In this document: in pieces, positions 50,005 to 58,717 of the stretch
Position numbering within the stretch: the first letter of the stretch is position 1
Layout: every line of letters starts with the position of its first letter
Source of the DNA: a virus
DNA: 64,000 nt
Direction: 5' to 3' (one strand)
IMG/VR virus record: IMGVR_UViG_3300032213_003587
Span: 32,001-96,000 of that record
The notes under the pieces: generated by a model
What the model was told of the DNA's origin: nothing
The model's database searches: none
What the model saw: only the letters and a program-made list of their open reading frames with translations
Translations under genes and position numbers: made by a program

Positions 50005-50012
50005 TATTTATA
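50005..50012 (-). promoter_or_regulatory. T4-type late promoter upstream of PBP gene
   Basis: Exact TATAAATA about 27 nt upstream of the ATG. Confidence 0.65.
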
Positions 50013-50127
50013 GTAGGATGATGGCGGCAACCGCAAAAAGCAGCACCCATTCCATGAATGTGAACTGCAACCAAAGATCCAACAATCGAGGAAAATGTTT
50101 ATTCAACCATGCCTGAAGTTTCCACAT
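50008..50127 (-). CDS. Small membrane peptide (39 aa)
   Basis: MWKLQAWLNKHFPRLLDLWLQFTFMEWVLLFAVAAIILL; GGAG RBS. Confidence 0.45.
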   Translation of the reverse strand: MWKLQAWLNKHFPRLLDLWLQFTFMEWVLLFAVAAIILL

Positions 50128-50162
50128 TGGCGTCTACTCCGTGTAAAATAAAGTTAGATTAA

Positions 50163-50354
50163 TTACGGTCCTTGTTGTGGTTCTAGAGCCGCCGGCGGTT
50201 CTTCTTTGCGTTCTTCCTTCTTGGGTTGCACTATTACCACCGGTGTAGCCTCGGGTTTAGGATCCCAGTACTTATCGATTACAAAGTGGTTGGCACTCCA
50301 CCAGCCTATGCCGGAAAAGAAACCGCCGATCAGAAGCTCTATAATAGGGGTCAC
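50163..50354 (-). CDS. Small membrane protein
   Basis: GFFSGIGWW hydrophobic segment. Confidence 0.5.
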   Translation of the reverse strand: MTPIIELLIGGFFSGIGWWSANHFVIDKYWDPKPEATPVVIVQPKKEERKEEPPAALEPQQGP

Positions 50355-51433
50355 AAAATCCTTAGTATAAGTATATCGTCATTGAAACGACCATTCAACG
50401 GAGTCTCGGTTGTGCTGAGGTCACTCAATATGCGACGCAGCGGAACCTTGCTGGCCTTCATCATGGCTGCAATCACGTCTGCTGGTTTGCGCAGAGTGCG
50501 CTGCACACTAGCTTCTGGATCATAGCTCTGCAGGCTGGATCCTTTGACGCTAAAACCCGCAGCCCCTGTGGCGTGGTATACGCCAAGTTTTTTATTCTTT
50601 GTATTATAAACCCAGACCTGCTGCGCTCCCACCATGTTAGCCGGATGCAGACTTTCTAAATTCAAAGCTTCCGAGGTTTTCAGATACTTTAATTTGGCTA
50701 CCTGCTCACCTGCGGGCTTCTGCTTCTTGGCTCGAGGCTTGCGATTGGCCTTCTTGAAGTTGGCATATTTTTCTGCATCTTCTACCAGACTGTTTAAAAA
50801 GTCTACATAGGCTCGCAGATTGCGCTTGCCCAGATGTGCATAGGCTTCGGTTATCTGTTCATCAGTACCTATCATAGCGAGTTCGGCTGCACGTCGTATG
50901 CAGATGTCTTCCACCGCTGTCATATACTGCTTGGCCACATTATGTGATTGACAGTACTTGTACAAACTAAAGCCCGTAGAACGATAGCCGTTGATAATGA
51001 AATTATCGATCTCACCTTCGACTTCGCCGAGAAATTCTGCCTGCTTTTCAGCCATGGCAGCTTGAATGCTTTTCTTGGCTGTGACTGCCGGTACTACTGG
51101 TTCAGGGTCCGTATTCTCTACTGCGGTTTTTAAGCAGTCCGAAATATGAGTCTGTAGACGCTGCAGGGTGCGTTCATCAAAGGTCGAGCCCTGCAGGATC
51201 ATGCGAGCGATCCAGCCATAGGTTGGTACAAAGTAGTTACCATCGATTCGGTCCCAGGTCTGCACACTCTTGGCATCGTGCTTTTTCAAGTAGGCGCGCA
51301 CAAACGCCAGGGCATCCTTGCGTTCTTTTTCGTAGCTATACCAGTTGAGATTGCGCATCAAGATGCCGCGATTGTCTAGCTCGGTATAATCTAAAGCCTT
51401 GGGTTCCGGGCCATTGATAACAGCATTAGACAT
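50351..51433 (-). CDS. Conserved hypothetical protein
   Basis: LNWY, LKYLK, VWVYNTKNKKLGVY, SVKGS, TLRKP, NGRFNDDILILR. Confidence 0.75.
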   Translation of the reverse strand: MSNAVINGPEPKALDYTELDNRGILMRNLNWYSYEKERKDALAFVRAYLKKHDAKSVQTWDRIDGNYFVPTYGWIARMILQGSTFDERTLQRLQTHISDCLKTAVENTDPEPVVPAVTAKKSIQAAMAEKQAEFLGEVEGEIDNFIINGYRSTGFSLYKYCQSHNVAKQYMTAVEDICIRRAAELAMIGTDEQITEAYAHLGKRNLRAYVDFLNSLVEDAEKYANFKKANRKPRAKKQKPAGEQVAKLKYLKTSEALNLESLHPANMVGAQQVWVYNTKNKKLGVYHATGAAGFSVKGSSLQSYDPEASVQRTLRKPADVIAAMMKASKVPLRRILSDLSTTETPLNGRFNDDILILRIL

Positions 51434-51758
51434 GCAGTTCTCCTAGAGAAAATGAAAATTCCCGAATGCTGTCCCAGCGGAAACTGCGCCAATCCTGTTT
51501 ATCAATGTCCCACACAGTCTGAGCTTCTTCTGAGCGTTTACGAGTGCTGGCTTCTTCTTTCTGCAATTTATCTGCAGGAATAAGATCCGGATGCAGGCTA
51601 CCATGCAGCCAGCGTTCTGTACCATCGGATTTGATGAAGCAGATATTGACTCGTTCAGTGCGAAGTACTCCGCGAAACCATTCACGGAAGCCGGCCTGAT
51701 CGCCTTCGCTGGCCTGAGCATACCAATTTGGTGTCCAACTATCTAACAAGGGATTCAT
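51426..51758 (-). CDS. SH3/WYL-like beta-barrel protein
   Basis: F.KSDGTER...L...VWDIDKQDWRSFRWDSI. Confidence 0.65.
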   Translation of the reverse strand: MNPLLDSWTPNWYAQASEGDQAGFREWFRGVLRTERVNICFIKSDGTERWLHGSLHPDLIPADKLQKEEASTRKRSEEAQTVWDIDKQDWRSFRWDSIREFSFSLGELHV

Positions 51759-51988
51759 CGTACATACCTTTCACATATATGGCGCTTGGCATCGCGCACA
51801 GATTTAAACTTAACATCGTCGATTATAATTGAGCGTCCGGTGATTGTCAAGTTAATTTTTGGCGATGAGAATATGTAGGCCTTCTTACCTCGGATGGTGT
51901 CTTTACTATACACAGCATCAAAGCCACCGAAGTATAAAGTGTCAGCCAATTCATCACGCCACTGCAGGGCTATAAATGCATCGTTCAT
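51755..51988 (-). CDS. Hypothetical protein
   Basis: Overlap-coupled ORF. Confidence 0.5.
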   Translation of the reverse strand: MNDAFIALQWRDELADTLYFGGFDAVYSKDTIRGKKAYIFSSPKINLTITGRSIIIDDVKFKSVRDAKRHICERYVR

Positions 51989-52269
51989 TGCAAGGTAAAC
52001 CTTCTCAGATATTCGTTGGCCAGGGCGTAGTCTGGTTCTATGTCCAGGATGCGGTCAAAATGCTCTAGCAGAATAGTAACAATCAGACTATCCACAATCT
52101 GGCTTTTGGCCAGGGGCAGACTTTCTTGCCATTCCTGCAGGTCTTCTTCGTCTTGAAAACTCCACATGGCATCCAATAGCTCGGCCTGTTCTATATTCAA
52201 GCCAACAATTTCGATGCCCTGTCCTTGACGGTCATTGCTCATCAATTTCTTGCTGCGGTATCCACTCAT
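51985..52269 (-). CDS. Hypothetical protein
   Basis: Start set at MSGYRSKK; L...Q.ELLDAMW. Confidence 0.5.
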   Translation of the reverse strand: MSGYRSKKLMSNDRQGQGIEIVGLNIEQAELLDAMWSFQDEEDLQEWQESLPLAKSQIVDSLIVTILLEHFDRILDIEPDYALANEYLRRFTLQ

Positions 52270-52270
52270 A

Positions 52271-52597
52271 TCATGCTCCAAAAATCTGCTCACGAGCGCA
52301 GGCCATGACTTCTTCAACATCAACTTTGATGCTGCGAGTAAAGCGTACGTCTTGATTGTTGCGTTCCTGTAGACTAAACTTACCAAATTTGGTTGGCTTT
52401 AGTGTCTTGGCTTTGCCACCCTTGCCATAGGTAACCAGGCTGCCGGTGGTTGAACAGAAATAATAACTATTATAGGCCATGTCAATGCCACGACCTTCGA
52501 CGTTGACTCGTTTGAGTTTATAGCCCAGCAAAGGACCTAGACGACCTTCCACAAAAATAGTTTCTGGGTTGGCATTGAATTCAGCATAGCTTTTCAT
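52271..52597 (-). CDS. Hypothetical protein
   Basis: 108-aa ORF. Confidence 0.55.
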   Translation of the reverse strand: MKSYAEFNANPETIFVEGRLGPLLGYKLKRVNVEGRGIDMAYNSYYFCSTTGSLVTYGKGGKAKTLKPTKFGKFSLQERNNQDVRFTRSIKVDVEEVMACAREQIFGA

Positions 52598-52698
52598 TAT
52601 TTCATCTCCCGACGATCAATCTCAGCATCAACTACAATATACACACCCACTACTGCGGCTAAAACCGCAAATACAATCTCAATCATTTCCATCGTCAT
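52597..52698 (-). CDS. Small membrane peptide (33 aa)
   Basis: MTMEMIEIVFAVLAAVVGVYIVVDAEIDRREMK; GAGGAG RBS. Confidence 0.4.
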   Translation of the reverse strand: MTMEMIEIVFAVLAAVVGVYIVVDAEIDRREMK

Positions 52699-52706
52699 CT
52701 CCTCAA

Positions 52707-53006
52707 TTACATGCTATAATAGGCTTCGCTGCTTGGGCTGCAATAGTTCGGTGTATCGTAGCGTTCTTTGAACTCTTTGCCGTTCAAAAAGTTCTTTTGG
52801 ACGACATAAGTCTCAAACAAATCAACAACGAACCCCTGCTTGCGTTTAGCGGCGACTACGGTATCAATATAGTCTCGGGTAACGGGTGCAAAGTCTATGA
52901 CTTCTATGAAACGCAGTCCTGCTTTATTACGACCATAGCGTTCGTCACGCTTGATACGACGATCTGCTTTATAAATTTCTAGGCTATATTCTGTGAGCTT
53001 TGTCAT
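52707..53006 (-). CDS. Hypothetical early protein
   Basis: YKADRR.K, KN..NG..F.E..DTP..CSPSSEAYYSM; AAGGAG RBS. Confidence 0.65.
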   Translation of the reverse strand: MTKLTEYSLEIYKADRRIKRDERYGRNKAGLRFIEVIDFAPVTRDYIDTVVAAKRKQGFVVDLFETYVVQKNFLNGKEFKERYDTPNYCSPSSEAYYSM

Positions 53007-53035
53007 TTCGTTCTCTCCTTATTTACTATACCTCT

Positions 53036-53063
53036 ATTCTATAGGAACGAACCGAAATGTCAA
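53036..53063 (-). promoter_or_regulatory. Sigma70-type early promoter
   Basis: TTGACA-16nt-TAGAAT. Confidence 0.65.
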
Positions 53064-53251
53064 GCCTTTTCTGCCGTGTCAGAAGCCACGCTGTCTGTGG
53101 GTTTTGCAACGGGTTTCTTCGGCGCCCCGTACTTCGAACACCAAATACAGCGGGTGCTTGGTGTCCCTGAGAAGTATTCTTGTATGTCGAAGCCCGTGTA
53201 TCCGCAGCCTCGACATACAAACTTCTTCAAATCAGCGTCAGTATCAGTCAT
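53060..53251 (-). CDS. Small zinc-finger protein
   Basis: Start set at MTDTDA; CRGC...CIWC. Confidence 0.45.
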   Translation of the reverse strand: MTDTDADLKKFVCRGCGYTGFDIQEYFSGTPSTRCIWCSKYGAPKKPVAKPTDSVASDTAEKA

Positions 53252-53405
53252 GGAATGTGGTTGCTTCGGCGACATAGTGCATGTGTGGAATGTCTGCGTA
53301 CTTGGCACGGATACGTGCTTCGGCGTCGTCGCGACTGTCTGCAGCAACAACGTAGTGATAGATTTCGGTTGAACTGAGTTCAACTAAAAAGATGTATTGG
53401 TTCAT
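53244..53405 (-). CDS. Hypothetical protein (53 aa)
   Basis: MNQYIFLVELSSTEIYHYVVAADSRDDAEARIR...; AAGGAG RBS. Confidence 0.5.
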   Translation of the reverse strand: MNQYIFLVELSSTEIYHYVVAADSRDDAEARIRAKYADIPHMHYVAEATTFHD

Positions 53406-53438
53406 GGTTTCTCCTTGATGCCGACATTGGCTCGATAT

Positions 53439-53666
53439 TTATTCATTTAAAAAATCGTAGGTTTTTTCAAAGATAGGACCGTCACAGATATAGAGCTCAC
53501 CGTCAATGCCTCGCATGAGATAGTCGCCAGGCTTGCCCTGCTTATAATCGCCTTCCAGGGTATTGACTCGGAATTCCACCTCCATCTTTTTAGCATGAAC
53601 TACGATAGGTCGTTTCATGCAATGCTTCATCCCAACTACCTCTTCAAACGTATCAAACGTCTTCAT
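53439..53666 (-). CDS. PGDYG-like hypothetical protein
   Basis: KRPIVVHA, TLEG, GDYLMRGIDGELYIC..IFEKTY. Confidence 0.7.
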   Translation of the reverse strand: MKTFDTFEEVVGMKHCMKRPIVVHAKKMEVEFRVNTLEGDYKQGKPGDYLMRGIDGELYICDGPIFEKTYDFLNE

Positions 53667-53890
53667 TATAATACCGCCTTTTCAATAACAGCGTAGTCGT
53701 CCAACTCGTTCAAATCACGCTCGAATTCAGCATAGCGTACCGCATCTTCAAAGGTAGCAAATACACGCAAGACTACATCGCCCACGCTATCCTCTTCGGT
53801 AATACGATTGGTGACAACATAGACCTTGCTAACTCCAACTTCTGCACTGCGGTCTTCTTCAAAAACTACTCTTTCACTTAAAACTCTCAT
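53666..53890 (-). CDS. Hypothetical protein
   Basis: Start set at MRVLSERV. Confidence 0.5.
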   Translation of the reverse strand: MRVLSERVVFEEDRSAEVGVSKVYVVTNRITEEDSVGDVVLRVFATFEDAVRYAEFERDLNELDDYAVIEKAVL

Positions 53891-54053
53891 TTTTATTCCT
53901 TTCAATCCAAATTTTAGCATCATATTTTCTACTGAAGCTATCAATAATATAACCATCTTCGGCAACAACATGCCAAAGCACATATTCTCTGCCTGTGGCT
54001 GTTGCGCCATAACCTTTAACTATTGTCATCGATGTGTCTTTATCATTTACCAT
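53874..54053 (-). CDS. Hypothetical leaderless early protein (59 aa)
   Basis: MVNDKDTSMTIVKGYG...IIDSFSRKYDAKIWI; ATG 6 nt after TATAAT. Confidence 0.5.
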   Translation of the reverse strand: MVNDKDTSMTIVKGYGATATGREYVLWHVVAEDGYIIDSFSRKYDAKIWIERNKNESFK

Positions 54054-54090
54054 ACTACCATTATAGCACCTTGAATCAAAATGTCAAGCC
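54051..54090 (-). repeat. 40-bp direct repeat containing early promoter (copy 2)
   Basis: Plus strand CATACTACCATTATAGCACCTTGAATCAAAATGTCAAGCC, nearly identical to 54402-54441. Confidence 0.85.
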
Positions 54091-54404
54091 CGCTTAATTC
54101 CGGTGCTGTTCAATGCTGGCTGATATGTTGCGATCAATTCGCGTTCTAATGCGTGGGCTGCTGCCTTGCCTCTGACAACCTGGTAAATGCCATAACTATG
54201 GGCTATGGTACCGTATGTCACGATGCTGTTGCAGAGAGCCCAGCCCTTGTTCTCATTCTTAGCACGCCAAACGTGCTTCTGTATTCTAACTAACAATGCT
54301 TTTCTGTTGGAACCTGCTGTGATACCCACATATTTCTCACCTGTGACGTTATTGGTGATAACATATACTATGTGGTTTCTATCGGATCGCTTTTTTCTCA
54401 TCAT
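54084..54404 (-). CDS. GIY-YIG domain protein
   Basis: IVYVITNNVTGEKYVGIT, R..KH, ERELI..YQPALN. Confidence 0.8.
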   Translation of the reverse strand: MMRKKRSDRNHIVYVITNNVTGEKYVGITAGSNRKALLVRIQKHVWRAKNENKGWALCNSIVTYGTIAHSYGIYQVVRGKAAAHALERELIATYQPALNSTGIKRA

Positions 54405-54441
54405 ACTACCATTATAGCACCTTGATGCAAAATGTCAAGCC
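54402..54441 (-). repeat. 40-bp direct repeat containing early promoter (copy 3)
   Basis: Plus strand CATACTACCATTATAGCACCTTGATGCAAAATGTCAAGCC. Confidence 0.85.
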
Positions 54442-54474
54442 GTAGGAGAACCATTGATATCACTGGCTCTGTGA

Positions 54475-54873
54475 TCAAAGTTTTACGTGACTTCGGTGAA
54501 TTCGGCACTGAATAATGCCGTTGTACCAGGCTTCGGGCTGCTCCAGGACCCTGAATGAGAATTGTTCGCGAGCTTCGATGTAGCTTAGAGTGCCCTTGGT
54601 TTTGCAGAGATAGAGTATTTCGCGACGGAAGTTTGCTGCGCCAAGTCGTTCCACATCAGCCTGTAGTTCAGGACTCGAACTCCAGTAGGTTGGCCAGTCG
54701 CTGAGGACCTTGGTTCTTTTTTTCCGGCCTTTGACTTGACGGGTTTTGCTAAAATAAAATAATTTCTTTCCGATGTATCGACGTCCATCGGTGAGATTGG
54801 TTATCATGTAGACGTAACCGATATTGTCGGCAATATCGGATTCTTGAAACTCTCGACCTTCAAATAACCACAT
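54475..54873 (-). CDS. GIY-YIG-like protein conserved in T4-like phages
   Basis: GYVYMITNL..GRRYIGKK, SDW..YWSS, FRREIL, YNG.I. Confidence 0.75.
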   Translation of the reverse strand: MWLFEGREFQESDIADNIGYVYMITNLTDGRRYIGKKLFYFSKTRQVKGRKKRTKVLSDWPTYWSSSPELQADVERLGAANFRREILYLCKTKGTLSYIEAREQFSFRVLEQPEAWYNGIIQCRIHRSHVKL

Positions 54874-54900
54874 AATAAATCCCCGATTATAATCGGCTAT

Positions 54901-55050
54901 TTATTCCTCTTCGATGTCGTAGTTATCTTCCTGGTCCAGCTGTTCACCGCAAAAAGGACAATGGCTGACTCGATAATAGTGGTCATCCATGTCATATTTT
55001 ATTCTAAAAACCGCATCACAGTTATCACATTCATGGTGCGTAGTTGGCAT
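54901..55050 (-). CDS. Small zinc-ribbon protein
   Basis: Start set at MPTTHHE; CDNC...CPFCG. Confidence 0.6.
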   Translation of the reverse strand: MPTTHHECDNCDAVFRIKYDMDDHYYRVSHCPFCGEQLDQEDNYDIEEE

Positions 55051-55567
55051 TATTACTTTCTCGATACTCATGACAGGATACACCATGAGCTCGTAAATAG
55101 TTGATTCCGTCGTCGCTGCGATATGGCCGAGCATACCAAACTGCCTTAATACCACTCTGCAGTATGAGTTTGGCGCATTGTTGACACGGCGCATGGGTAA
55201 TAAACAGGGTGGCTCCTTCGCCACTTTCGTGACTGCGAGCCAGCTTGGCTATGGCATTTTCTTCGGCGTGGATTACGTTGTCACGAGTCTTCAACCGATA
55301 ATGCCATTGACCATATTCCGGATGCTCTCCAACCAGGGGATACATCTGATGAATTTCATCGGGGTTTAACCAGCCGCCGGTGTCACGTGGCATCCACTGA
55401 ATGTCTTCACAGTTATTGTCATCGCCTGGTGCTGTACCGTTATAGCCAATACTTATAATTCTATCGTTTTTGACTACTATGGCTCCGACCTTAAGCCTCC
55501 GGGCCTTGCTTAGCTCGGCGTAGCGCTGGGCAACATCCAGGTGAGCTTTGATCATCTTTAGTTTCAT
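55031..55567 (-). CDS. cd: dCMP deaminase
   Basis: S..RRLKVGAIVVK, IGYNG, HAEENA, THAPCQQCAK. Confidence 0.93.
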   Translation of the reverse strand: MKLKMIKAHLDVAQRYAELSKARRLKVGAIVVKNDRIISIGYNGTAPGDDNNCEDIQWMPRDTGGWLNPDEIHQMYPLVGEHPEYGQWHYRLKTRDNVIHAEENAIAKLARSHESGEGATLFITHAPCQQCAKLILQSGIKAVWYARPYRSDDGINYLRAHGVSCHEYRESNNANYAP

Positions 55568-55724
55568 CTATTTTTCCCCAATGTCCATCTGGACAGCTTT
55601 TGCTTTTCATTAAAACTTTGCCGGGCATGAAGCAGCCACAGCTTTTACAGATGCGGGCTATGCGATTAAACTTCTCGCAGCCCTTGCATATATCCATGCG
55701 TTTCTGTGCATACTCAGGTAACAA
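55491..55724 (-). CDS. Cys-rich small protein (DUF6171-like)
   Basis: R..IC..C.....C..CGCFM..K......CP..HW. Confidence 0.6.
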   Translation of the reverse strand: MLPEYAQKRMDICKGCEKFNRIARICKSCGCFMPGKVLMKSKSCPDGHWGKIDETKDDQSSPGCCPALRRAKQGPEA

Positions 55725-56931
55725 TTTCTACCTCTGGAAAATATCGAATAAAATGATCGGGATTGGCGCGCACTGCCTGAACTCGACGCTGAATCTCATC
55801 AAAGAAATTCCAGGCCAGGGGTACAAACACCAGCGGAACATTTTCATACTTCTGCAGTTCATCGATGCTAACTATGGGTGTATGACGACCCGGAGTGTAA
55901 CGACCCTGCTTCAGCGGATTGTCGTCGATGATAAAGTCCAGATCCAGTTCGGCAAAATTGGTGACTACCATGCCCTTGGCTGCCGCACCATAGCCCACAA
56001 CCTTGAATCCCTGACTGCGATAATTGGCTACTGTGGCATTTAATTCATCCATCAATCGACGTGCATTGGTTCCCCAGCGTTCATAGGTACTGAGATCATA
56101 CATGCCATCGGCTCGGTCCAGGGCAATTAAATTTTCAATGCGATACGGATTGCCATAGCTGGTGCTCATGATCACAATATAGCTATTGCCGTGAATAGGT
56201 TGCTTTACGATGTCTTGAATAAACAGACCGGCTCGTTCTGCAATCTTACTCAGGCTCTGAACATTGAAGAAATTGATGTGTTCATGATAACAGGTATCAA
56301 ATTCATTGTTGCGAATCATATCTACCTGACTGATCTGCATGAAGAATACTGTGTCTTTGTGCATCACATCTCTGACATTTTCCAGGAACCGCAGAGCATC
56401 ATAGTTATGAGCCACTACATTCTGAGCCACAATTACGTCGGGTTTGAAACTGCGCAGAGTCGGCACTACTTCCGCAGTAAAATAACCGCAGGCCACATCA
56501 TGACCTTTTTCTACTGCGGTAGGTACAATGTTCTCCGCTGGATCAATGCCATAGGTTTTCCAACCTTTTTCTTTGAAGAAGTCCAGTTGTGTACCGTCGT
56601 TGCATCCGATGTCCAGCACGTTGCCGTAGTTTCTGTTGGTGTATTCCTGCACAAATTCTGTGAACCACAGCATGTTCTTTTTCAAGGTGTCGGTGGTTCC
56701 GCTGACATACAGATAATTTTTAAACATCAAATCCGGATGTATGGCATGACTCAACTGCACATGACAGCATTCGGTGCACACCATGGCCGTCAGGGGAAAC
56801 GCGGTTTCCGGTTCAATGGGCGACTTTAGATAGCTGTTGGCCAGGGGCTGTTGACCCAGATCCAGAGCCACCCGCAGATCTTCGCTGCCACAGGCGCAGC
56901 ATTCGGTCAATTGTTTTGCATTTTCAATCAT
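55714..56931 (-). CDS. NDP-sugar C-methyltransferase
   Basis: CxxC zinc domain, DLGQQPLAN, LDIGCNDG, FDTCYHEH, GYGAAAKG, LAWNF..EI. Confidence 0.9.
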   Translation of the reverse strand: MIENAKQLTECCACGSEDLRVALDLGQQPLANSYLKSPIEPETAFPLTAMVCTECCHVQLSHAIHPDLMFKNYLYVSGTTDTLKKNMLWFTEFVQEYTNRNYGNVLDIGCNDGTQLDFFKEKGWKTYGIDPAENIVPTAVEKGHDVACGYFTAEVVPTLRSFKPDVIVAQNVVAHNYDALRFLENVRDVMHKDTVFFMQISQVDMIRNNEFDTCYHEHINFFNVQSLSKIAERAGLFIQDIVKQPIHGNSYIVIMSTSYGNPYRIENLIALDRADGMYDLSTYERWGTNARRLMDELNATVANYRSQGFKVVGYGAAAKGMVVTNFAELDLDFIIDDNPLKQGRYTPGRHTPIVSIDELQKYENVPLVFVPLAWNFFDEIQRRVQAVRANPDHFIRYFPEVEIVT

Positions 56932-57815
56932 TGATATTCCTTTGGAGTATTGCGATCACCTTTTCTGCACAGGTTGAGATTGGCAGCTACCTCGCCGATC
57001 ACCTCTTGACGAGTAGCGGTAAATCGATAATCGAACTCTCGACTAAATCGTTCGTTGTTAATAACAAAGTCATACACACCGGCTCGGTCCGGCGTCTCTT
57101 GTAATTCTACATCCATATAATGACATACATCTTCCGCAATGTCAATTACTCTGTCATTGAAACTGCAGAGATCATAGATTCCACTGCGCGGCGCCGGCAC
57201 ATCAATCATGGCTTCCATGGCACCACAGACATCACTCAATGCCAAAATCGGTCGGCGCACATACTTGTTGTTCACCGTAATCTTGCCTTGACTGACTGCA
57301 TTGTTGACCATGGCATTGATCATCAGTTCCGATCTTAGATTGGTGCTAAAACCGTTCACAGTACCAAATCGCAGACCCAGAATTTTATAGCCGTCGTTGA
57401 TGAAACGCTGGGCTTCTAGATCCAGCACATACTTGGTGATGTCATAGTTGTTTACTGGTTGGAATACACTGCTGTTGGCATTGCCATACACCGATCCGGA
57501 GCTGGCATAGATCAATTGTTGATCACGTCGCATTTTACTGACCAGGTCCACGAAGTTGCTGACATTGTTGCGCCAGCTGTGCTGTATTTCGTTGTCACAC
57601 ATCTTGACGCCGCTGTGGCCGGCCAGCAGAATAATTACATCGGCGGCCTTGACTACATCAGCGGGGAGATTGCGATAATCTTTGACAATGGTTTTGGCAC
57701 TACCAGCACCAAACCATTCTGTGTCTACACCGGCCACATCGTGCAGGTCGTCTAGATGTTTTTCCAAACGACTACCAATATAACCGGCATTACCAATGAT
57801 TAAAATTTTCTTCAT
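56928..57815 (-). CDS. NAD-dependent epimerase/dehydratase
   Basis: GNAGYIGS, YASSGSVYG, YDITK, LRFGTVNG. Confidence 0.9.
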   Translation of the reverse strand: MKKILIIGNAGYIGSRLEKHLDDLHDVAGVDTEWFGAGSAKTIVKDYRNLPADVVKAADVIILLAGHSGVKMCDNEIQHSWRNNVSNFVDLVSKMRRDQQLIYASSGSVYGNANSSVFQPVNNYDITKYVLDLEAQRFINDGYKILGLRFGTVNGFSTNLRSELMINAMVNNAVSQGKITVNNKYVRRPILALSDVCGAMEAMIDVPAPRSGIYDLCSFNDRVIDIAEDVCHYMDVELQETPDRAGVYDFVINNERFSREFDYRFTATRQEVIGEVAANLNLCRKGDRNTPKEYQ

Positions 57816-58717
57816 TTAAGTCTCGAATACATGTTGGGTTCAATGGTTAATTTGCTCTTCACTTCATCAATCTTACCCAGTAATTTATCACCCCAGTTTG
57901 TCCACAGCGTGTCGTCATCTTCTTCGTTGAGGTTCTGTCTCCACCAACTATCTAATGCTACTTCAGTAAATGTATCTTCGGGCGGACGATCAAATCTATA
58001 ACCTCTGGGCTGTTTAATACGAGTAAACCATTCATAGCTCTTGCACCAGTAGTGATTGATACGAATGATATTATGGCTTGGTGTACCACCTTGATTCCAG
58101 CCCTGATGAGGAAGAATTGGACGACCTTCTAAATCTGTGGTACCAAATTCTGTGGTGTAGACATGCGGATTGGTTGCTTTGACCCAACCACCGCGACCAC
58201 GGCCGCGTACCACGCTCTTCATGTGATGATGCAAGGGATGATTTAAATGACCACGTTTAGTATAGGCCTGAGTTACCAGCGGAGGGCAATCGCCGGGCTC
58301 GTTATGACCATTGCTGCCATAGTAGGTCCAGTAAATGCCTAGAGCGGAAATTGGATCATCCCAATGGTCCCAGAAGATATCCTTCACGGTTTTATCGGCA
58401 CCCACTGGCATCATAAACTCATCGGTATCATTATAACTGATCCAATCACATTCCGGACGATAGGTGTCCAGGTAATGCTGCATCATGGGATAGCTTACAT
58501 TGTGACCTTCTACATCATGAATAGTAATGTCATAGTGATCGCTGAGTTGTTCGTAGATTTCACGAGTGTTATCTTCACTCATGTGATTATAGATATAGAA
58601 CTTGCTAAAGCCCTGCAAGAGATGCCAGCTCACCCATTCAACAATCCATTTACTTTCATTCTTTTGAATACTGGCAATACCCAGTACCTGCTCATCTTTG
58701 GTCATATCAATCCTCAA
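57812..58717 (-). CDS. Glycosyltransferase family 92/2-like
   Basis: KNE..WIVEWV.WHLL.G..KFYIYN..SEDNT, DTDEF, K.VV, INHYWCKS. Confidence 0.8.
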   Translation of the reverse strand: MRIDMTKDEQVLGIASIQKNESKWIVEWVSWHLLQGFSKFYIYNHMSEDNTREIYEQLSDHYDITIHDVEGHNVSYPMMQHYLDTYRPECDWISYNDTDEFMMPVGADKTVKDIFWDHWDDPISALGIYWTYYGSNGHNEPGDCPPLVTQAYTKRGHLNHPLHHHMKSVVRGRGRGGWVKATNPHVYTTEFGTTDLEGRPILPHQGWNQGGTPSHNIIRINHYWCKSYEWFTRIKQPRGYRFDRPPEDTFTEVALDSWWRQNLNEEDDDTLWTNWGDKLLGKIDEVKSKLTIEPNMYSRLK

